Assembly (NCBI RefSeq): GCF_902652985.1
Contig: NC_047028.1
Coordinates: 21,328,001 to 21,392,000 of the forward strand
Direction of reading: 5' to 3'
DNA length: 64,000 nucleotides
From: Pecten maximus
Taxonomy: Eukaryota
Shown here: piece by piece, positions 47,765-62,400 of the stretch
Position numbering within the stretch: position 1 is the stretch's first letter
Layout of the letters: the number at the start of each line of letters is the position of its first letter
The notes under the pieces: model-generated
What the model saw: the letters and a program-made list of their open reading frames with translations, nothing else
The model's database searches: none
What the model was told of the DNA's origin: nothing
Translations under genes and position numbers: made by a program

Positions 47765-50700
47765 ATGGCAAGGGCAGTGGTTTTAGGAGGTGGAATAAGT
47801 GGCTTGTCCTCTGCCTTCTACGCATTACAAGAAGGGGCTCCTGCAAAATTTGCTAAGGTAATTTACCGAAATACATGTAGTTACAGTGACACCACAGGGG
47901 CATGTCTAGTTTTATATTACAAAAAATAGTCGGAAATACCTATATATGTCAATATATATAGGTATTTCCGACTATTTTTTGTAATATAAAACTAGACATG
48001 CCCCTGTGGCTGAAGTATGGGTAGCCCGGGTTACCTCTAGCCTAGTCCGAGTTTCCTCTGGCCCTGACACCATGTCTTGTGTACACATTATTATTTGTAA
48101 TTTGTATTAAATTTTCAGGTAGCCCTACTCGAGGCTTCTGAACGATTCGGGGGCTGGTTACATTCTACTAAATATCAAGATGGTACTGTGTTTGATTATG
48201 GTCCCAGAAGCTTTCGTCCCGAAGCAAATCCTGGTCTGAATACAGTGGATCTTGTAAGTAAAATTAATCTTTAATTAAAATGTTTAATGATTTAATTCTT
48301 GATCAGCATGCTAGGCTAAGACTTGTTCTACTAGTATTCAAGGTTTTACACATACGTTAACAGTGTATAATACCCAAACCTAATGTGAACAATTACAACT
48401 AGGTACAATACAGTAGGTTATAGTAGATCATTGAAAATTATCAATAAAAACAAATATACTACCAAAACTTTGTTTGAATAAAGTTTAGGTCATCAAAATT
48501 GAACTTAATTGGAAATGTGTATTTTTCCCCAAGTAGTAAAATTAAGTTATAATCTTTACATTAATACAGCAGTTTTACTCTCATGATGGACCAAAGTTCT
48601 TCAAGTATTAAGTCCTGAAAGTTCTTAATTTGATCCAAAGTATAACTAATTACTGCAAAGACTCTTAAGACGTACACTATTTGGAAATGATACGTCTTTT
48701 CCTGTACATTTCAGCGTTAATTTCATTACATTTTGGCACAAACACTCATATAATCATCATTCGGACATAGATTTCATCTATAGGAATTGTGCATATTTCT
48801 GACGTCCGAAGGAAGAAATGCCCCTTTAAATGAATGTTAAATTCAACCACTTTTGGCCCCGATATACATTTATAGGTACCATGAAAAGAATGTGTGGTCA
48901 CTCTATTCTACTAAAGACTTATAATTTCTTATGATGATGGCACTGCACAATATTTAATTTTCAGGCTCTAAAGCTGGGCCTACGTGATGATATTATCATT
49001 GCCGAAAAGGGTGATATACTCGACAACCGCTACATCTACAATGATCAGACACTCCAGGAACTTAAGTTTGGTAAGTACTTATGTGGTGGAACTGGCCCGG
49101 GTCGGCCATCGGCGACCAGGTAGCTCAATTAGTAGAGCATCTAGCTTGTGTTTGGGAGGTCCCGGTTTTAACCCCAGTCTGGCCGGGCATGTACCCACTC
49201 ATTTTACACTTAGATTTAGGATCTTAAATAACTTGTGATTTTATGAAACGATTCTTGAAAGTTTTTACATTTTGAGAGCATTGTCATGCAAAATAGAAAC
49301 ATATGAATTGAAAACATATTTAAACATACTTTTTATCACCAAACTCAGAATCCTTTCATTCATGTACATGTGGAGACAGATATTTTGTTGGGCCATTTAC
49401 AAATCATGACATCACATCATTGTCCAAATCATGACATCACATTGTCCATGTCATAATGTCACACCATTGTCGATATCATGACATCACATCATTGTCCAAA
49501 TCATGACATCACATTGTCGATATCATAACGTCACACCATTGTCGATATCATGATGTCACATCATTGTCGATATCATGACATCACATCATTGTCGATATCA
49601 TGACATCACATCATTGTCGATATCATGACATCACATCATTTCTGACTGATGAAGTCAATGAGAAATACTCTAGGGTATATTACACTAGTGACATATGCAA
49701 AATTATTACACAAGTGATTTCACTGGATGACAGGCTGATTACAGGAAAAATATTTTCAATAGCATGAACCATGCCGGTAAAATATTTGTTAAAACTAAGT
49801 CTTGTTTTGTAAAAACCATGTTTCTGACGGACAATGCTTGTATATATGGTGAATAACTGTAAAGGTTATTTCTAACATGGGTTGAATTTTCATGGTTTTA
49901 CCAAAGAATTGTCTCTGCTGATGTTTTTTTCAATTGGCCTATTTTCAGTTTTATTCTCTCATCGAAAATAGCAACAACAACAAAAAAAAAAACCATTAAA
50001 CATAATAATTGTTCATTAAAGTTTTTTTATTTATTGGTAGGGAAAACAAACTAGCAAAAATTTGCTAGTAGACAAAATTTTAACTGGCATTTTAATAGTT
50101 ATAAAGAGTTAATTCCAAACCCTGATATCTAATTCAATTTTTTGTTTTCTAGGTATAGATAAATTGTTTAAGGTCGTTCCACCTTTGAAGAAAAGGCTGA
50201 TATCATACATTATTCAGGATATTCGCGCTGCAAAGGGGACAGAAGATGAAAGTGTACATTCATTTGTGTCAAGACGTTATGGAAAAGATGTATGTATACA
50301 AAACATATTTTGTCCCTCAACTTTTTATTAAGATTATCTATGTACAGTGTAACACTTCCTTTTAATAAAGTGGGAGGGTTGGACAGTAATATTGTATTAT
50401 ATCATAATGACATAAAGTTCTACAGCTGATTAGAATTTTAGTGGTCATTGGTCAAGGTGTAGGCCTTAAGGTCAATCTTGACCACTTCTGAAATCAAAGA
50501 TTGTGTACAAGAACCCTCAACAACTTATTTTCAAAACATGTATATCATATTCTACACCTTATTAGATAAGGTCTACTGATGATTGGTCAAAGTCAGAAGG
50601 GTCAAAGGTCAAACATTACCACTTATTATAGCTACCCTAGATACGTTTGCCATCTGAATGAGGCCATAAGTGCCAGATGTTATGATCAAAATTTGAATTT

Positions 50701-53700
50701 ATCTAGTACCTCTATAATTCTGCAGCATTTTAAAGAGTTTTGAGATAATACCCAGATCGAGACAAATCATGCCTTTGGACCTCGTGTTATGTACTTATTT
50801 AATTCTGTTCTGGTCTTTCTCTCTGTCCAAATTGTATTTGTAACCTTGGTAATTACTAGCCATAATATATCGCCTGGCTTGAGAGGTCTTCTCTTAAGCT
50901 TACGGTAATCGGTTGAGTGTAAGACTATATATATATAGTAAGCCAGAGGTCCCAGGTTCGACCCCTAGCGGAGGCAGTGATTTAGATTTAATTAAATAGT
51001 GCTCTGTTTCATATATTTTGTTGACAGGCAGCAGATTTTTTGGCAGACCCAATGTTAAGAGGAATATATGCAGGAGATGTTAGAAAACTCAGCATAAGAT
51101 CAACATTACCAAAGCTTTACGAGATGGAAAAAAGGAAACGCAGGACATTAACAACCAGCTATCGTAATTCTATTTATCATTTCTTGTGTTCTTTTATCAT
51201 GGTCAGCTCATTTTATATTCTTTTTGTATTTTCTGAAAAAAGATTTTCAAAATATGCACAAGTTCATGATCCCATGTCGACAGATAGCGTACACTTTATC
51301 AAGTGTTTCTAGATAACATTGTAAAACGTTTTGATTTGCATTCCCAACAGATGGCAGCACTAACATATTGTAGGTGTGTATCGGAAGTTCAATTCAAAAT
51401 TTTGGTGGGATACCTCTCAACGAAAGAATTAAATGTGTATATCTTTCATGTTTGATATAATTTTAGTTGCAGAAAAAAATCTTGGAAGTAACTTCACATA
51501 AAATGGAGATTTTAATGCCTTCAATTATTCACATTTCACGGTTTTTAATGCCAAGCATAGACCCTAGTTTCGACAATATCCCTTTCCTCAAAATTTTCCA
51601 CTGGAAAGCTTTAATGATCTATAGAATGGTCTTTAACTAAGATTTTTTCCTGCTTTCCTTTAGAAACTTACACATTCTATACACTTATTTTTTGGCACAT
51701 AATTCTGGTGTGCTAATTCATGCTTGCACTTATCTGTTAAAATGTAGTAATGCACTAAACTTTGATTATGCTAAAGATAGTCTTTGATGAGAATAATTGG
51801 GTGGTCGGGTGGCACAGTGGTTACACACTTGTCTTTCACCTAGGTGACCAGGGTTCGATTCCCCGATCGGACGTGAAAAGGTATGGGGGCACCTGCCTGA
51901 CCATGTTGGTTTTTTATGGGTTTTCCGATTTCCTCCTACAGTAAAACCCCTCGCATGCTTCAATCCGGTCGAACAAGCTAGATTATATAAATCACAATAA
52001 CTTGTTTATCAATTGTTGTAAAATAGATAAAGTTAACAATTGTGAGAAACTTTTTGTTACAGCGAAGACACCGTATGTACACAAAGCGTTACAGGATTAC
52101 GTTAGTAACTGGTCCGTGTGGTCGTTAAGAGGAGGCTGTCAACAGCTGTCTGATGCTTTAGTGGGACACTTGAGCAGGCCAGAAATGCCTACAGAATTAC
52201 ATACAAGTAGTCCATGTACGAAACTGACGTTCAAGGATGGTGCTGCATTGGTATGTCTTGGTATCTCTTGTAGCTTACATCATTATGCTCCGACGTCGCC
52301 AAATCGCGTGTTTGATGATAGTGTTACCATATGTCTTCTATCGATGTTTACAGTCACCATCCATTGTTATGTAAAGGATACAAGTCAAAAACTGTCTGTT
52401 ATGTAAAATATTGGTCCGAGTCTGAGTCACATAGCACATGTACTGTCATATCATATGGCCAGGTGAAATAACACTATTTTGATGTCATAATAAATGTGTG
52501 ATGATTTTGATGTCATAATAAATGTGTGATGATTTTGATGTCATAATAAATGTGTGATGATTTTGATGTCATAATAAATGTGTGATGACATTACATGTTT
52601 GATTTGTTGGTAGAAAATTTACCGTTCGAGTCAAAATTGCCTGTCTGGGAAATTTTGAGAGTTTTTGCTAATTTTTCATATAGATACGAGTTGTGTGATA
52701 AATGGAATGTTACACTTTTGTCATTGTAGTATGGAATTTATTAAACTTCTGAGATATATTAGTATGTCACTTACCTTATGGCTCATGACTCATAAAAAAA
52801 TTGAACTTGTTCATTACAATGAAATTCCACATTACAATGATACTCTTTAAAGACTCACTATTTACCAAATACCCTCGTATGGGGATAACACAAGGCTAAT
52901 ATAACCTCAACGGTGTTCAGTCTCTTAGCCTACTTGAATTGGTTAGTGTTATCAGAAAGTTGATATCCTGTGTCGTCGTGTCCAGAGCCCAACTCGATTT
53001 GCACTCTTCTCCTTCTAGAATATAATTTCCGGTCACTCGATTTGTAGCTCTTCTGCTTCTGGAAGATCTTCTACCTCTTCCGTCTCGAAGCTGGAAGATT
53101 TATCTTCCAAGATGGCGGCGACCATGTTTAAGTGTACGAGTGAGGAGTTTCTCTAGAGAAGGATTTATGACACATACATGTACAGGTTTGTGTCATAGTG
53201 TTTGAGAAAACTTAAAAACTTTTTTGTTTTGGGTTATGTTCTTCCGGTTTAATCGATTTACATATAACGGAATGTGGTCTTCTGAGAAAGCTTCTCTTCC
53301 GAGAAGATTGCACATCGAGTTGGGCCTGGAGCAAGTCTATACTCCCGTTTTACTCCTTGACTTGTAAGATACGCCTCCTGTATGTTGATTGAGGTAGTCA
53401 CCAACCACTACAAGGTGTCCTCTTCTAAAATGACCCTGACAGTTTATGGGAGGATCAACATATCATTGGCAGCTAAAATACCTGTGACAGTAAATAATTT
53501 TTGTTTATATTGACAGGTGACCAGTGAAAAAGGGGAGATAACTACAGACCATGTTTTCAGTTCTCTATATGCTGGAGGTAAGATCTTTCTTTCTAAGGTC
53601 TCCCTTGACACTGCCTCACTTTTTGCCTTTTGTTGAGAACTCGTCCCTGTGAGGAAGGTTATAAATCTGTCCTTTGGTGGAGATTAGTTGCTGTCTGCTA

Positions 53701-56082
53701 TACATTAACCTTTTAATTTGGCGATAGGGACTGGTTCGCCATTTGTCAGTGTAATGTCACGAGGTGGGGCTTCATAATATGATATCTTTAAACAAAGTGA
53801 TTATAACATATGATGTAATGAAATGTTAGATGTGTAGTCTAAACCAGGCAATCTAAATATTCTGATTCTTAGCTTTGTATCTTTTCAGATTTAGCTAAAA
53901 TTCTGCCTGAAGAACACGGTGAATTAGCTGAAGAACTAGATGGAATCCCTGCAGTGTCTGTGGTTGTTGTGAATCTCGAGTATCCAGTGGAGAGCCCAAT
54001 TAAGGTAAATTGGTCTCCTAATTTTATCTTACAAAGTAACCTCAATCTATCTTAAACTGTTTGTCTCATTAAAATATGACATGGAGATGGTCATTGTAAA
54101 TTTGTCATAGTAACAGTTCTAAAAAAATAAATTTATAATATCTATGAATTTGGTTGTGATGTAAGTAACACAGATTAACATGAAATCACAGCTAATGACA
54201 TATAAAGTGACTAAAACTTCCAAGCTAGTAAGAACAAATCGTACAATATATAAGGAGATCTCATGGAAATATCCTCTTTTTGGATCTTCAGGGTTTTGGT
54301 CACCTTTTGCCTTCCTCTGAAGATGGACCTATACTTGGTGTGGTGTACAACTCCTGTGTATTTCCACAACAAGACAAAAAATTTTCTATGGGGAAAGTTT
54401 CTAGATTTACGGTAAGTTAAAGCGACAGTTTCAACAGCATGACTAATGTAGGGAGATGTGCTTGATGTCACAGTTAGGGGAAAATACTCCTTTGTTGGTT
54501 ACAGGGAAGATACCTTTAAGGTTGAACTCAATGGCTAGAAGTCCTGCCAGTTTGAAAAAGTAAATAGGCATGTGATATAGTTATCATTTGGAAAGATTGG
54601 ATCACCATTGGATGTTTGGACAAAAATACACCTTGAAAATTGGGAAAAATGCTTAAAGAGTGCTTGAATTTTGGTACGAAACATGAATTCATACATATTT
54701 GTAATGTCTACTTTGACACTTACATTTTTGGCCTTTGATGGAGCATTCATTCCAGTGAGGAAAGATTATGGGTTATGTCCCTTGGTTGAGACAAATTGCA
54801 AGTCTATATTGGTACTACCTGGTCTTGTTTCACGTTCAGCTTTAATCTGCATAACCAAACAAACTGGGTTTATGTCTGGTGGTTTCTGATGCATCACATT
54901 CTTTAGCTCGAGTTTCCTCTGGCCCTGACACCATGTCTGGTGTAGGCTACACCTAGCCTGAGTTTCCTCTGGCCCTGACACCATGTCTGGTGTAGGGCCA
55001 GAGCGCACTACTATATGAAAACGTAGAATTATCCGACACCATTTGGTGTTGCTAAGAATCTGGTATAAATACAATAAAGTCGGGAGTGACATAACACCTA
55101 CCTTACAAATATGGATAAATAAGATATTTATTTACCCTAAAACACTCCTTTAGTCCCATCTAAATGTTTTATTCTTTCAGTAAAGACCCTCGCTTTATAA
55201 AATGAATGAGATATTCTAATTGACAATTTACCCACAGGTGATGCTGGGCGGAGCGTGGTATGACCAACTTCTCGAGAGATTAGACGGATCATTAAATCCA
55301 AATGGCATAGCACGACTTGCAAATGAAGTAGTTTCTGACCATCTAAATATTACTGAAAAACCTTTGAAAGTTGATGTCATTATTCAAAATGTAAGTTTTT
55401 ATCCAATAATTGATTTATATAGAAATCGATCATTTCTTATCAGGGGTAATTTATCCACAAAGCCTTCAAAATGGATATTTTCATTCAAGACCAAAATTGT
55501 CAAGCTTGATATTAACCCGAAAAAACTTTCCGTATAATAGAGCCATGTTTAACATATAATCTTTATCACCCTTGTGATTAATTTTACAATTTTACATATA
55601 CATGTTAAGTCGTTGATGCTTCAATCAAGTCATTGATGCTTCACTCAAGTCGGTGATGCTTCAATCAAGCCGTTGATGCTTCAATCAAGTCGTTGATGCT
55701 TCAATCAAGTCGTTGATGCTGCCATCAACTTCACATTTTTGAACTTAAAATTTCCTTCATAAATTCAAATCTTCCAGAAGATACTGCTATGAAAACAAAA
55801 TGTATAGTTATTAAATATTTTTCCTTAATTTACCAGAAACTGATCTGTTTATTTATTTTCTAGGACTGCATCCCTCAGTATCTTGTAGGCCATAATGAGC
55901 GCGTTGAGAGAATTTTCAAGTACATCAAGGACAAGAACTTACCCCTGAGTTTGGTTGGTTCCTCCTATAAAGGCGTTAGTGTCAATGACTGTATATATAA
56001 TTCCAAACTTGCTGTGGAAAGATTAACTGGTCTGCCTCCATATGTAGCTCCAGATATACCAAAGGCACATTTCTTACATTAA
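47765..56082 (+). CDS. PPOX: Protoporphyrinogen oxidase, 487 aa
   Basis: 11 exons: 47765-47857, 48119-48253, 48965-49070, 50153-50289, 51028-51163, 52063-52250, 53517-53577, 53889-54004, 54292-54411, 55238-55390, 55864-56082 (1464 nt). Motifs [80 protein letters not shown]. Confidence 0.96.
47892..48008. mobile_element. Perfect foldback hairpin / MITE (~56-bp arms) in PPOX intron 1
   Basis: ccacaggggcatgtctagttttatattacaaaaaatagtcggaaatacctatatat and its exact reverse complement; diverged relative at ~61852-61945. Confidence 0.85.
49400..49640. repeat. ~22-25-bp tandem repeat (cattgtcgatatcatgacatcacat)
   Basis: About 10 imperfect copies. Confidence 0.9.
51799..52034 (+). mobile_element. 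tRNA-derived V-type SINE, near complete
   Basis: A-box gtggcacagtggt, B-box gggttcgattccc, V-core-like gggttttccgatttcctcctacag, AT-rich tail. Confidence 0.72.
52476..52589. repeat. 27-bp tandem repeat x4
   Basis: attttgatgtcataataaatgtgtgatg-type units repeated four times. Confidence 0.9.
52981..53330. mobile_element. PIF/Harbinger-like MITE
   Basis: TIRs ccagagcccaactcgatttgca / tgcacatcgagttgggcctgg. Confidence 0.6.
54905..55012. mobile_element. Tandem short TAG...CTA (Academ-like) elements
   Basis: gagtttcctctggccctgacaccatgtctggtgtagg twice, with a third copy at ~48045-48085. Confidence 0.55.
55606..55720. repeat. 20-bp tandem repeat, ~6 copies
   Basis: aagtcgttgatgcttcaatc. Confidence 0.9.
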
Positions 56083-57769
56083 ACCTGCCGGATCCTGGAT
56101 CGTTGGAACAACTGTCATCAGGTATATCTCCCAAACCTCGGCCAATCTACAGATGGATGTCCCCATCAGATACCCACTGTCTATTGCTCAAGGTTACTAG
56201 TGTATCTAGCTATGGATGTTCCTTGTTTGGTGCATTTACATATCACATCTCTGAGATCGTCAGATGTCAAGGTCCTGTGAGCTCTTGCTATAGGGCTTTT
56301 TCTGCCGTGTGTCTTCCTAAATTTTACAGACCAAATAAAAGATTTGTTTCCACATTATGGTGATGATGAGGTGGAAATGTAGGGTAGTGATAAGAATGGA
56401 ATTTCACTTAATTTAACCAGAGACACATATAACCAGATATTCTATTTATAGGTCTCTTATTTAAATGGATCTTTTATTGAATCTTTATGGAAATTATAGA
56501 CATTTTGTATGATTTGTGGTAGATAGGTCCACAGTTTAGTGCTGAAATGAACTGTTAATTTAAATCATTGTATGTTTGTGTGTTATTTTTATAGAGAAAG
56601 AAATCTCATCAAAATATGCTGTAAGGACCCTAGTCAGACAGATAATAATATATTATCCATGCTGACTGCTTAGTGTGTTTACAACTTTGTAATGTTATGA
56701 TAGGCCATTATAGAAGAGGATATGAAGGATGCTATCATTTCATTTGTGAAACAAGTCACAGTAACTAGTCAGCTGAAAAAGAATAAGATAAAGGCAATTT
56801 TTTTCTTTTTTTTTTTCAAACCAATCATTATTTATATGAACTGCTTCAAAATTCAGGAAACAACAAATTATAATAGTTCTTTGTCTGTTTCACATTAATG
56901 AACATATCCACTAATTTAATGGTTAAAAAATAATGGATATTATAGCAGAAAGGTTTGTTGGTGACGCTTTTTTTTCACACATTGTTCTTGTGAAGAATGA
57001 GGGAAATTTATTTTTATTCAACCAGGAACAATAGATGAGATGAGGGTCTTTTATGACTTAACGCAGATGAGAAAGGGTGTACATGTGAGAACCATGTTAT
57101 TATTGTCTCCTGTACAAAATCATATTAGGAAGGCATTCATTGATAAAGTTTTTTTTGAAAAACTACAAACTTCTTCACAATGAAGCTTTTTAAAAATAAT
57201 CGGCATAGTGCCATATTTCCATCATTAATAGACAAACGTATTGAATATAAATTACATTTGTAGGTACATGTTCAGAGTGTGATGTTTTCCGGGAAGTAAC
57301 ACCAGTATGTACAGCCTTTATCAATGGTGTATTGGTATATGCTTAGTTGAAGCTGGGTTGAAGCCCTGGACAATGATTTAGTATTTAATTCTGCGTGTTA
57401 TTGCAAATAACATTATGATTTTGTTTTGATCACGAGATCAGGTATATGTCATACGTGTTGTATGCCCTAAAATAGAATCTGAAACATTCATCAATCAACA
57501 ATCTTAAATCTTCAGAAATTGCATACAGAATTCATCTGAATGAAGGGATGTGTGTGAGTGTGCAGTTAAGATTTTATTTGTGATATCAGTATGATAAATA
57601 AAATATATTTTAAGCAAATCAATCTTTTGCTGTCATTTTATCAAGACTAAAACTGGTTGAATGTGAGCAGACTTTAAAAATGATAAGTTTAATAAAGACA
57701 GTAGTTTATTTAACATTTTAATTTACAGAAACAGCACTTTGATTGTAGTGTTATAGAAAGTTAAAATCT

Positions 57770-58019
57770 TGGCCAAGATGTTCAAATGGTGATTAGCTTA
57801 ATCACTTGATTAGTGAAAATTTCATTTCTCATTTGTTGCAAAACCTTTGAGTATATATCATCTTTAAATTATGCCAGTTGGATGAGAATTAAGAATTACA
57901 GAATTTCATAAAATTTTGACAAGCTAGTTATACCAGAAATTATTATATCAGGTATCAGGATTTGAAAAATGTTGTTAAAATGTGATTAGCCTAATCACAT
58001 TTTGAACAACTGGGCCCTG
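57770..58019. mobile_element. Harbinger-like MITE, degenerate
   Basis: ggccaagatgttcaaatggtgattagcttaatcac is an inverted match to gtgattagcctaatcacattttgaacaactgggccc. Confidence 0.55.
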
Positions 58020-59436
58020 ATGAGTAACGCTGCTGTGAAAAGTTTAACATCTTGCTACTCTTAATAAGAACTTACTTTGTCTTTGATTGAAGCTTAGAAG
58101 TAAAAGACTGGAAAAAAAGACATTTAAAAAGTTAAAGATTTAAGGGATTTATACAACAATTAAATTGAAGTCCTTCTGAAATCTCCTAGCATACTTGGTA
58201 CTTGGCGTTCAGTTTGAAAAATAAGGCACCACTGCTGGAATTATTGCTAACCTGATTCCATAATATCACTCTACGCTGGGTGCTTTAAAAAGGGACCACA
58301 TCTGGACAATCAGAAATACATTATTACAAACAACATGACTCATAATTATATATTGTATTGGGGAAAAAAATCTCGACTCGCATTTATAATTTAATATATT
58401 ATATCGGGGGTAGTGATTTGATGGAACATGACTATGCTGATTCAGAAAAGTACATGGTTATAAGAAACACAGACGACATTATGGAATTTGTCTTTTATTT
58501 ACTTGTGTCATTTTCCATCCCATACAAGAAATTTTCTATCTTACTGACACAATATACAGTAGTAAGGTATTAATACTACGGACTTGATCTCAAAGAAAAC
58601 ACATTCATCATATTCATCCAGTTTAATAAGAGAAAGGTAATTGAGTTATTGAGTATACTGTCTTGTATAACCACATCCGATATCACAGGTATACATAACC
58701 TCAACATGGAGGGACCATTTTAGAAATTATTTCGTTACATTGGACATTACAACCTTTCCTAATACACTTGTTTCTGTACATGTATTTAATCTTTTACAAC
58801 AGGATTTTAAATTCTTAGTTGAGGAAGAACAATAAGGAACAACAAATGGAGATCACATGTGTAAATGTACATGTGTGTAAACAAATCCAGACTATTCAGA
58901 TTTATAAGCTAACCAGGCAGTACATACAAAGCATTACATTTTTGTATGACATTCTCAAAGAGAGTAGAGAAGATCTATCTTTATGACAATCTTTAAACCA
59001 TATAGAAGGTTACCAAGCATCTTATGTTGGTGCAATTTGTTTTATAGAAATGGAAATATATCCTTAGTTTCTTCACAGGCGTCTCCTTCTGGATATCATT
59101 TATGGGAAAAAAATATTAATCCCTGCTCCTACTACATGTAGGGGCTATTTTTTTTCTATAAATACTAACCAGAATCAGAAGCATGTAGATCCTTATACAA
59201 ATATTCTAACACTTCCAGTAACAAACCAACATCTATTCAACGAAGACAGAAAACTTAACTTGTTGAATTGAATATCCATGAAGATAACAGGTAAATATAT
59301 ATATATAAGGTTGCATACATCTGCCATTCAAAAACACAAATGTCAAAAAAGTATAGCTCTTCAATTCATCTGGAAATAAACCCAATTTACATCAGCTAAA
59401 AATACATGCAGTATTGAACATAAAAATATAAAATTG

Positions 59437-62400
59437 TCATTTCTTTCCCTCAACCATGATGATGTGATAGCCAAACTTTGTCTTCACTGGTGGGTCAGTG
59501 TAATTAGGATTGCCTAGGGAACTGATCGGCAGGGCAAAGGCCGCCTCCTGAAACGGGCCCACCATACTACCACGGGTCATCCAGCCAAGATCACCCTTCA
59601 TCAGAAAAAAACAGGACAAAATTAGACAAGTAAATCTTTTCAAAAAAGGGACCTTTCTCATCAAAAGAGGCTTATATGGCCTGTATCACTCATCTGGCTT
59701 CATATAATGCAATTCAACTAATTGTCTTACCGTCTGGGGAAAGTTACCATTATTACAGTACTGGTAAGAACGATATATGATTGTTCAGGTCCAATACCAA
59801 TGTGATCTACACTTTTGTATCATAATGCATAAATATATGGAAATGACAGATCTCAAGATTGAGAGAAGAAAAGAGAAAATGCTCCAGATAACAAAGGGAA
59901 ATAACTCTTTTAAATAGAGTGAAATCAAAATGCTGCTTATGAAAGCACAACTGCATTGGGTATATTAAGAGACAACTTGACAATATTATGAGATCTCTAG
60001 ATATGAAAAGGTGGGCAATTTATAGAAAGTCAACATCATATTGTCATCATTACTCTTTACGGGAATGTAAAAATACTGTAGTCAATTATAAACTCCAAAC
60101 ATTGATGTAAAACATACCAGTCCTAGTAATGAAGGGAAAGAGGTGTGGTTGGTTTTTACAATTGCCAATTTATAACTGGTTTTAATGTCCATTTGTTGTT
60201 TTTTATCTCCAAAATGTTCTTTATTTTCCTTACACTCACATACAGCGTAATGAACCCAGTACTTTTACACCAGTGACTTATTTTCCCTTACACATAGTGT
60301 ATTGTACTCGGTACATTATTTTATACCAGTAGTTTATTTCATCTACACCAGTTGGACTCTGAGGTCAACTTCATTCTCATACATCTTCCTGTTGGCGCTT
60401 ATCATATGTTAGATATTAATGGATAACATGCCATATTACTCTTTTATTAGTCAATGAAACTGGCGAGACTATATAGGTTTCCTACGCGTCCAACTGTTTG
60501 TCTGTCTATCAGTCTGTCCCCTCGGTTTTCTGACTTTTTCTCAGTCATGGCCCAAGGTATGTTGGTGAAAATTGGTTTGTAACTTCGAATTCAATATGAG
60601 TAACTACAGATCAAGTTCAAGTTTCAGAGTGTTTGCGTCAAGACCAAGGTCACTTACTATTTTAGCGGGGTCGGTAGACGGTAGAAGACATGTATTGCTT
60701 TAGCAGTACACAGCATGTTTGTTAATATAATTTGTGTGACCAGCGCTGTGTACTGATTATCCCTAACAGCAACTGTGAGGAAATCAGGCACTCAGTCTTG
60801 TATCAAAATTTTGATTGATACCAACTATTCAGAAGTTGTCAAGTTTTTATAAATGTTTAGGGTTAGAATTAGAAGCTGAGGTTAATCGTGGTAACATAAT
60901 TTAAATGTATTGGTATTGTCATGCCTCATAGATCTGTCCATTTATATGGCTATAAGTGATGTAGATATCAATCACTCACTAAATTTCCTAGTAATGACCA
61001 AGAGACAAAGTACAGGGGGTTAAGATAAACAAATGGAAACATATTCCAATAAGAGTGTATATCATTATTTTCTAACTTGACTCAAAGATTAAATTTAGCT
61101 TGGTTGGCCTGACAAACTAATTCCTCATTCACACTGCATGCCTTGAGTCATCTATTTATGCCAAATCTGTGTAGTTAGGGGTGAGGATATCTGTTTTAAG
61201 TTGTCACCTAATGATAAAGATTTGAAAAAATTAAACATCAATCATCTAACTGGAAAATATTCTGTTAAACTTAAGTGAGCTAATTTTTCTTGTGATGAAT
61301 ACATTTGTAGCTCAGTGTTCATTAGAGTCAGTTAAAATTTCATGTAAAGATGTGGCCCCAAATTGGGCCCGTACATAACTGACTTGCTATCATCACAACT
61401 AAATTCTCACCCCTTGCCTTGCTTTATCTTCACTGTAATTAGTTGCCACCTCATTGAACTTTGTCCCACTTTTTAATTTCTCCATTGCCTCTAAAATCTT
61501 TGACTGTTTTTCACATAGAATATGCCTCACCTGTAATCAAACATAAACAGACAATGATTCAATTAAAATCTATCAAATCCTCAAAATTCAAACACGAAAG
61601 AAGGTAACCAAAATTGAGAATCATAATTATACAATAAGCCATTATAGATCGATTCTACCAAAGGGGTTAAAATAAAAATGATAATAATCCAAAAATAGTT
61701 TCACTATAAATACATATGTAGTATCGTTTTTACATTGATCTTAACTCTATTTTGGATTGTTATCATTTTTAGATTCTTAAATTTTGATATCAGCTCTATT
61801 TTTAAACATTTTTTAATACATACTTGTATCTATTGCAATTTTGTATCCAAAGGGCATGTCTAGTCTTTTATGATACAAATAGTCAGAAATATCTATGCTC
61901 AGCTATACATAAAGGTATTTCGGCTAATTTTGTCATAATAAGCTAATCAGAAATATAATATCTAAATGTATTTCATATCTTCTTTTGTCGTTCGGCCTCC
62001 GTCAAAAAATGACGATTACGGCTAATGGGAGACGTTGCCAATGCTCTTTAAAAAAAAAGTGCAGGGATTTGGGTACAGTGAGAGGGTTTTTTTTAATTTT
62101 TTTTAGTGGAAACTATAAGATAAAAGCATTTGATGGTGTGTTTATGGTGTGTGTTTGAGATCATCAAGGGCTGCATTGTGTATATGTGCCTTGAAGATCT
62201 CTAGTGTAGTGCATTGTACTGCTGCCACCGGGAGGAGGTTCCATTGTGTTATTGTGTGTGGGAAAAAGGAGTATTTATATGTGTCATTGGTGGCAGATAG
62301 ATGTCTGAATGTGTAGGGGTGTGTTTGCCTTGTCCTAGGGTCAGCTGGGTGCATGATGCCGTGTGGGTCTATTGCGACATGATGGTGAATGATTTTGTAT

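Noticed and set aside
56083-56363. Stop-codon readthrough or extra ORF after PPOX
   Set aside because: TAA-A is a poor readthrough context, the track ORF starts at TTG out of frame, and neither peptide is recognisable; treated as 3' UTR.
58016-58045. Hammerhead core CTGATGAG...GAAA
   Set aside because: No convincing stems I-III; the CTG belongs to the end of a MITE.
61308-61400. C/D-box snoRNA in PIN4 intron 2 (GTGATGA...CTGA on the minus strand)
   Set aside because: It lies ~14 nt from the 5' splice site, I recognise no rRNA/snRNA complementarity, and the interior resembles a common dispersed repeat. A snoscan/Rfam search would be needed to revive it.
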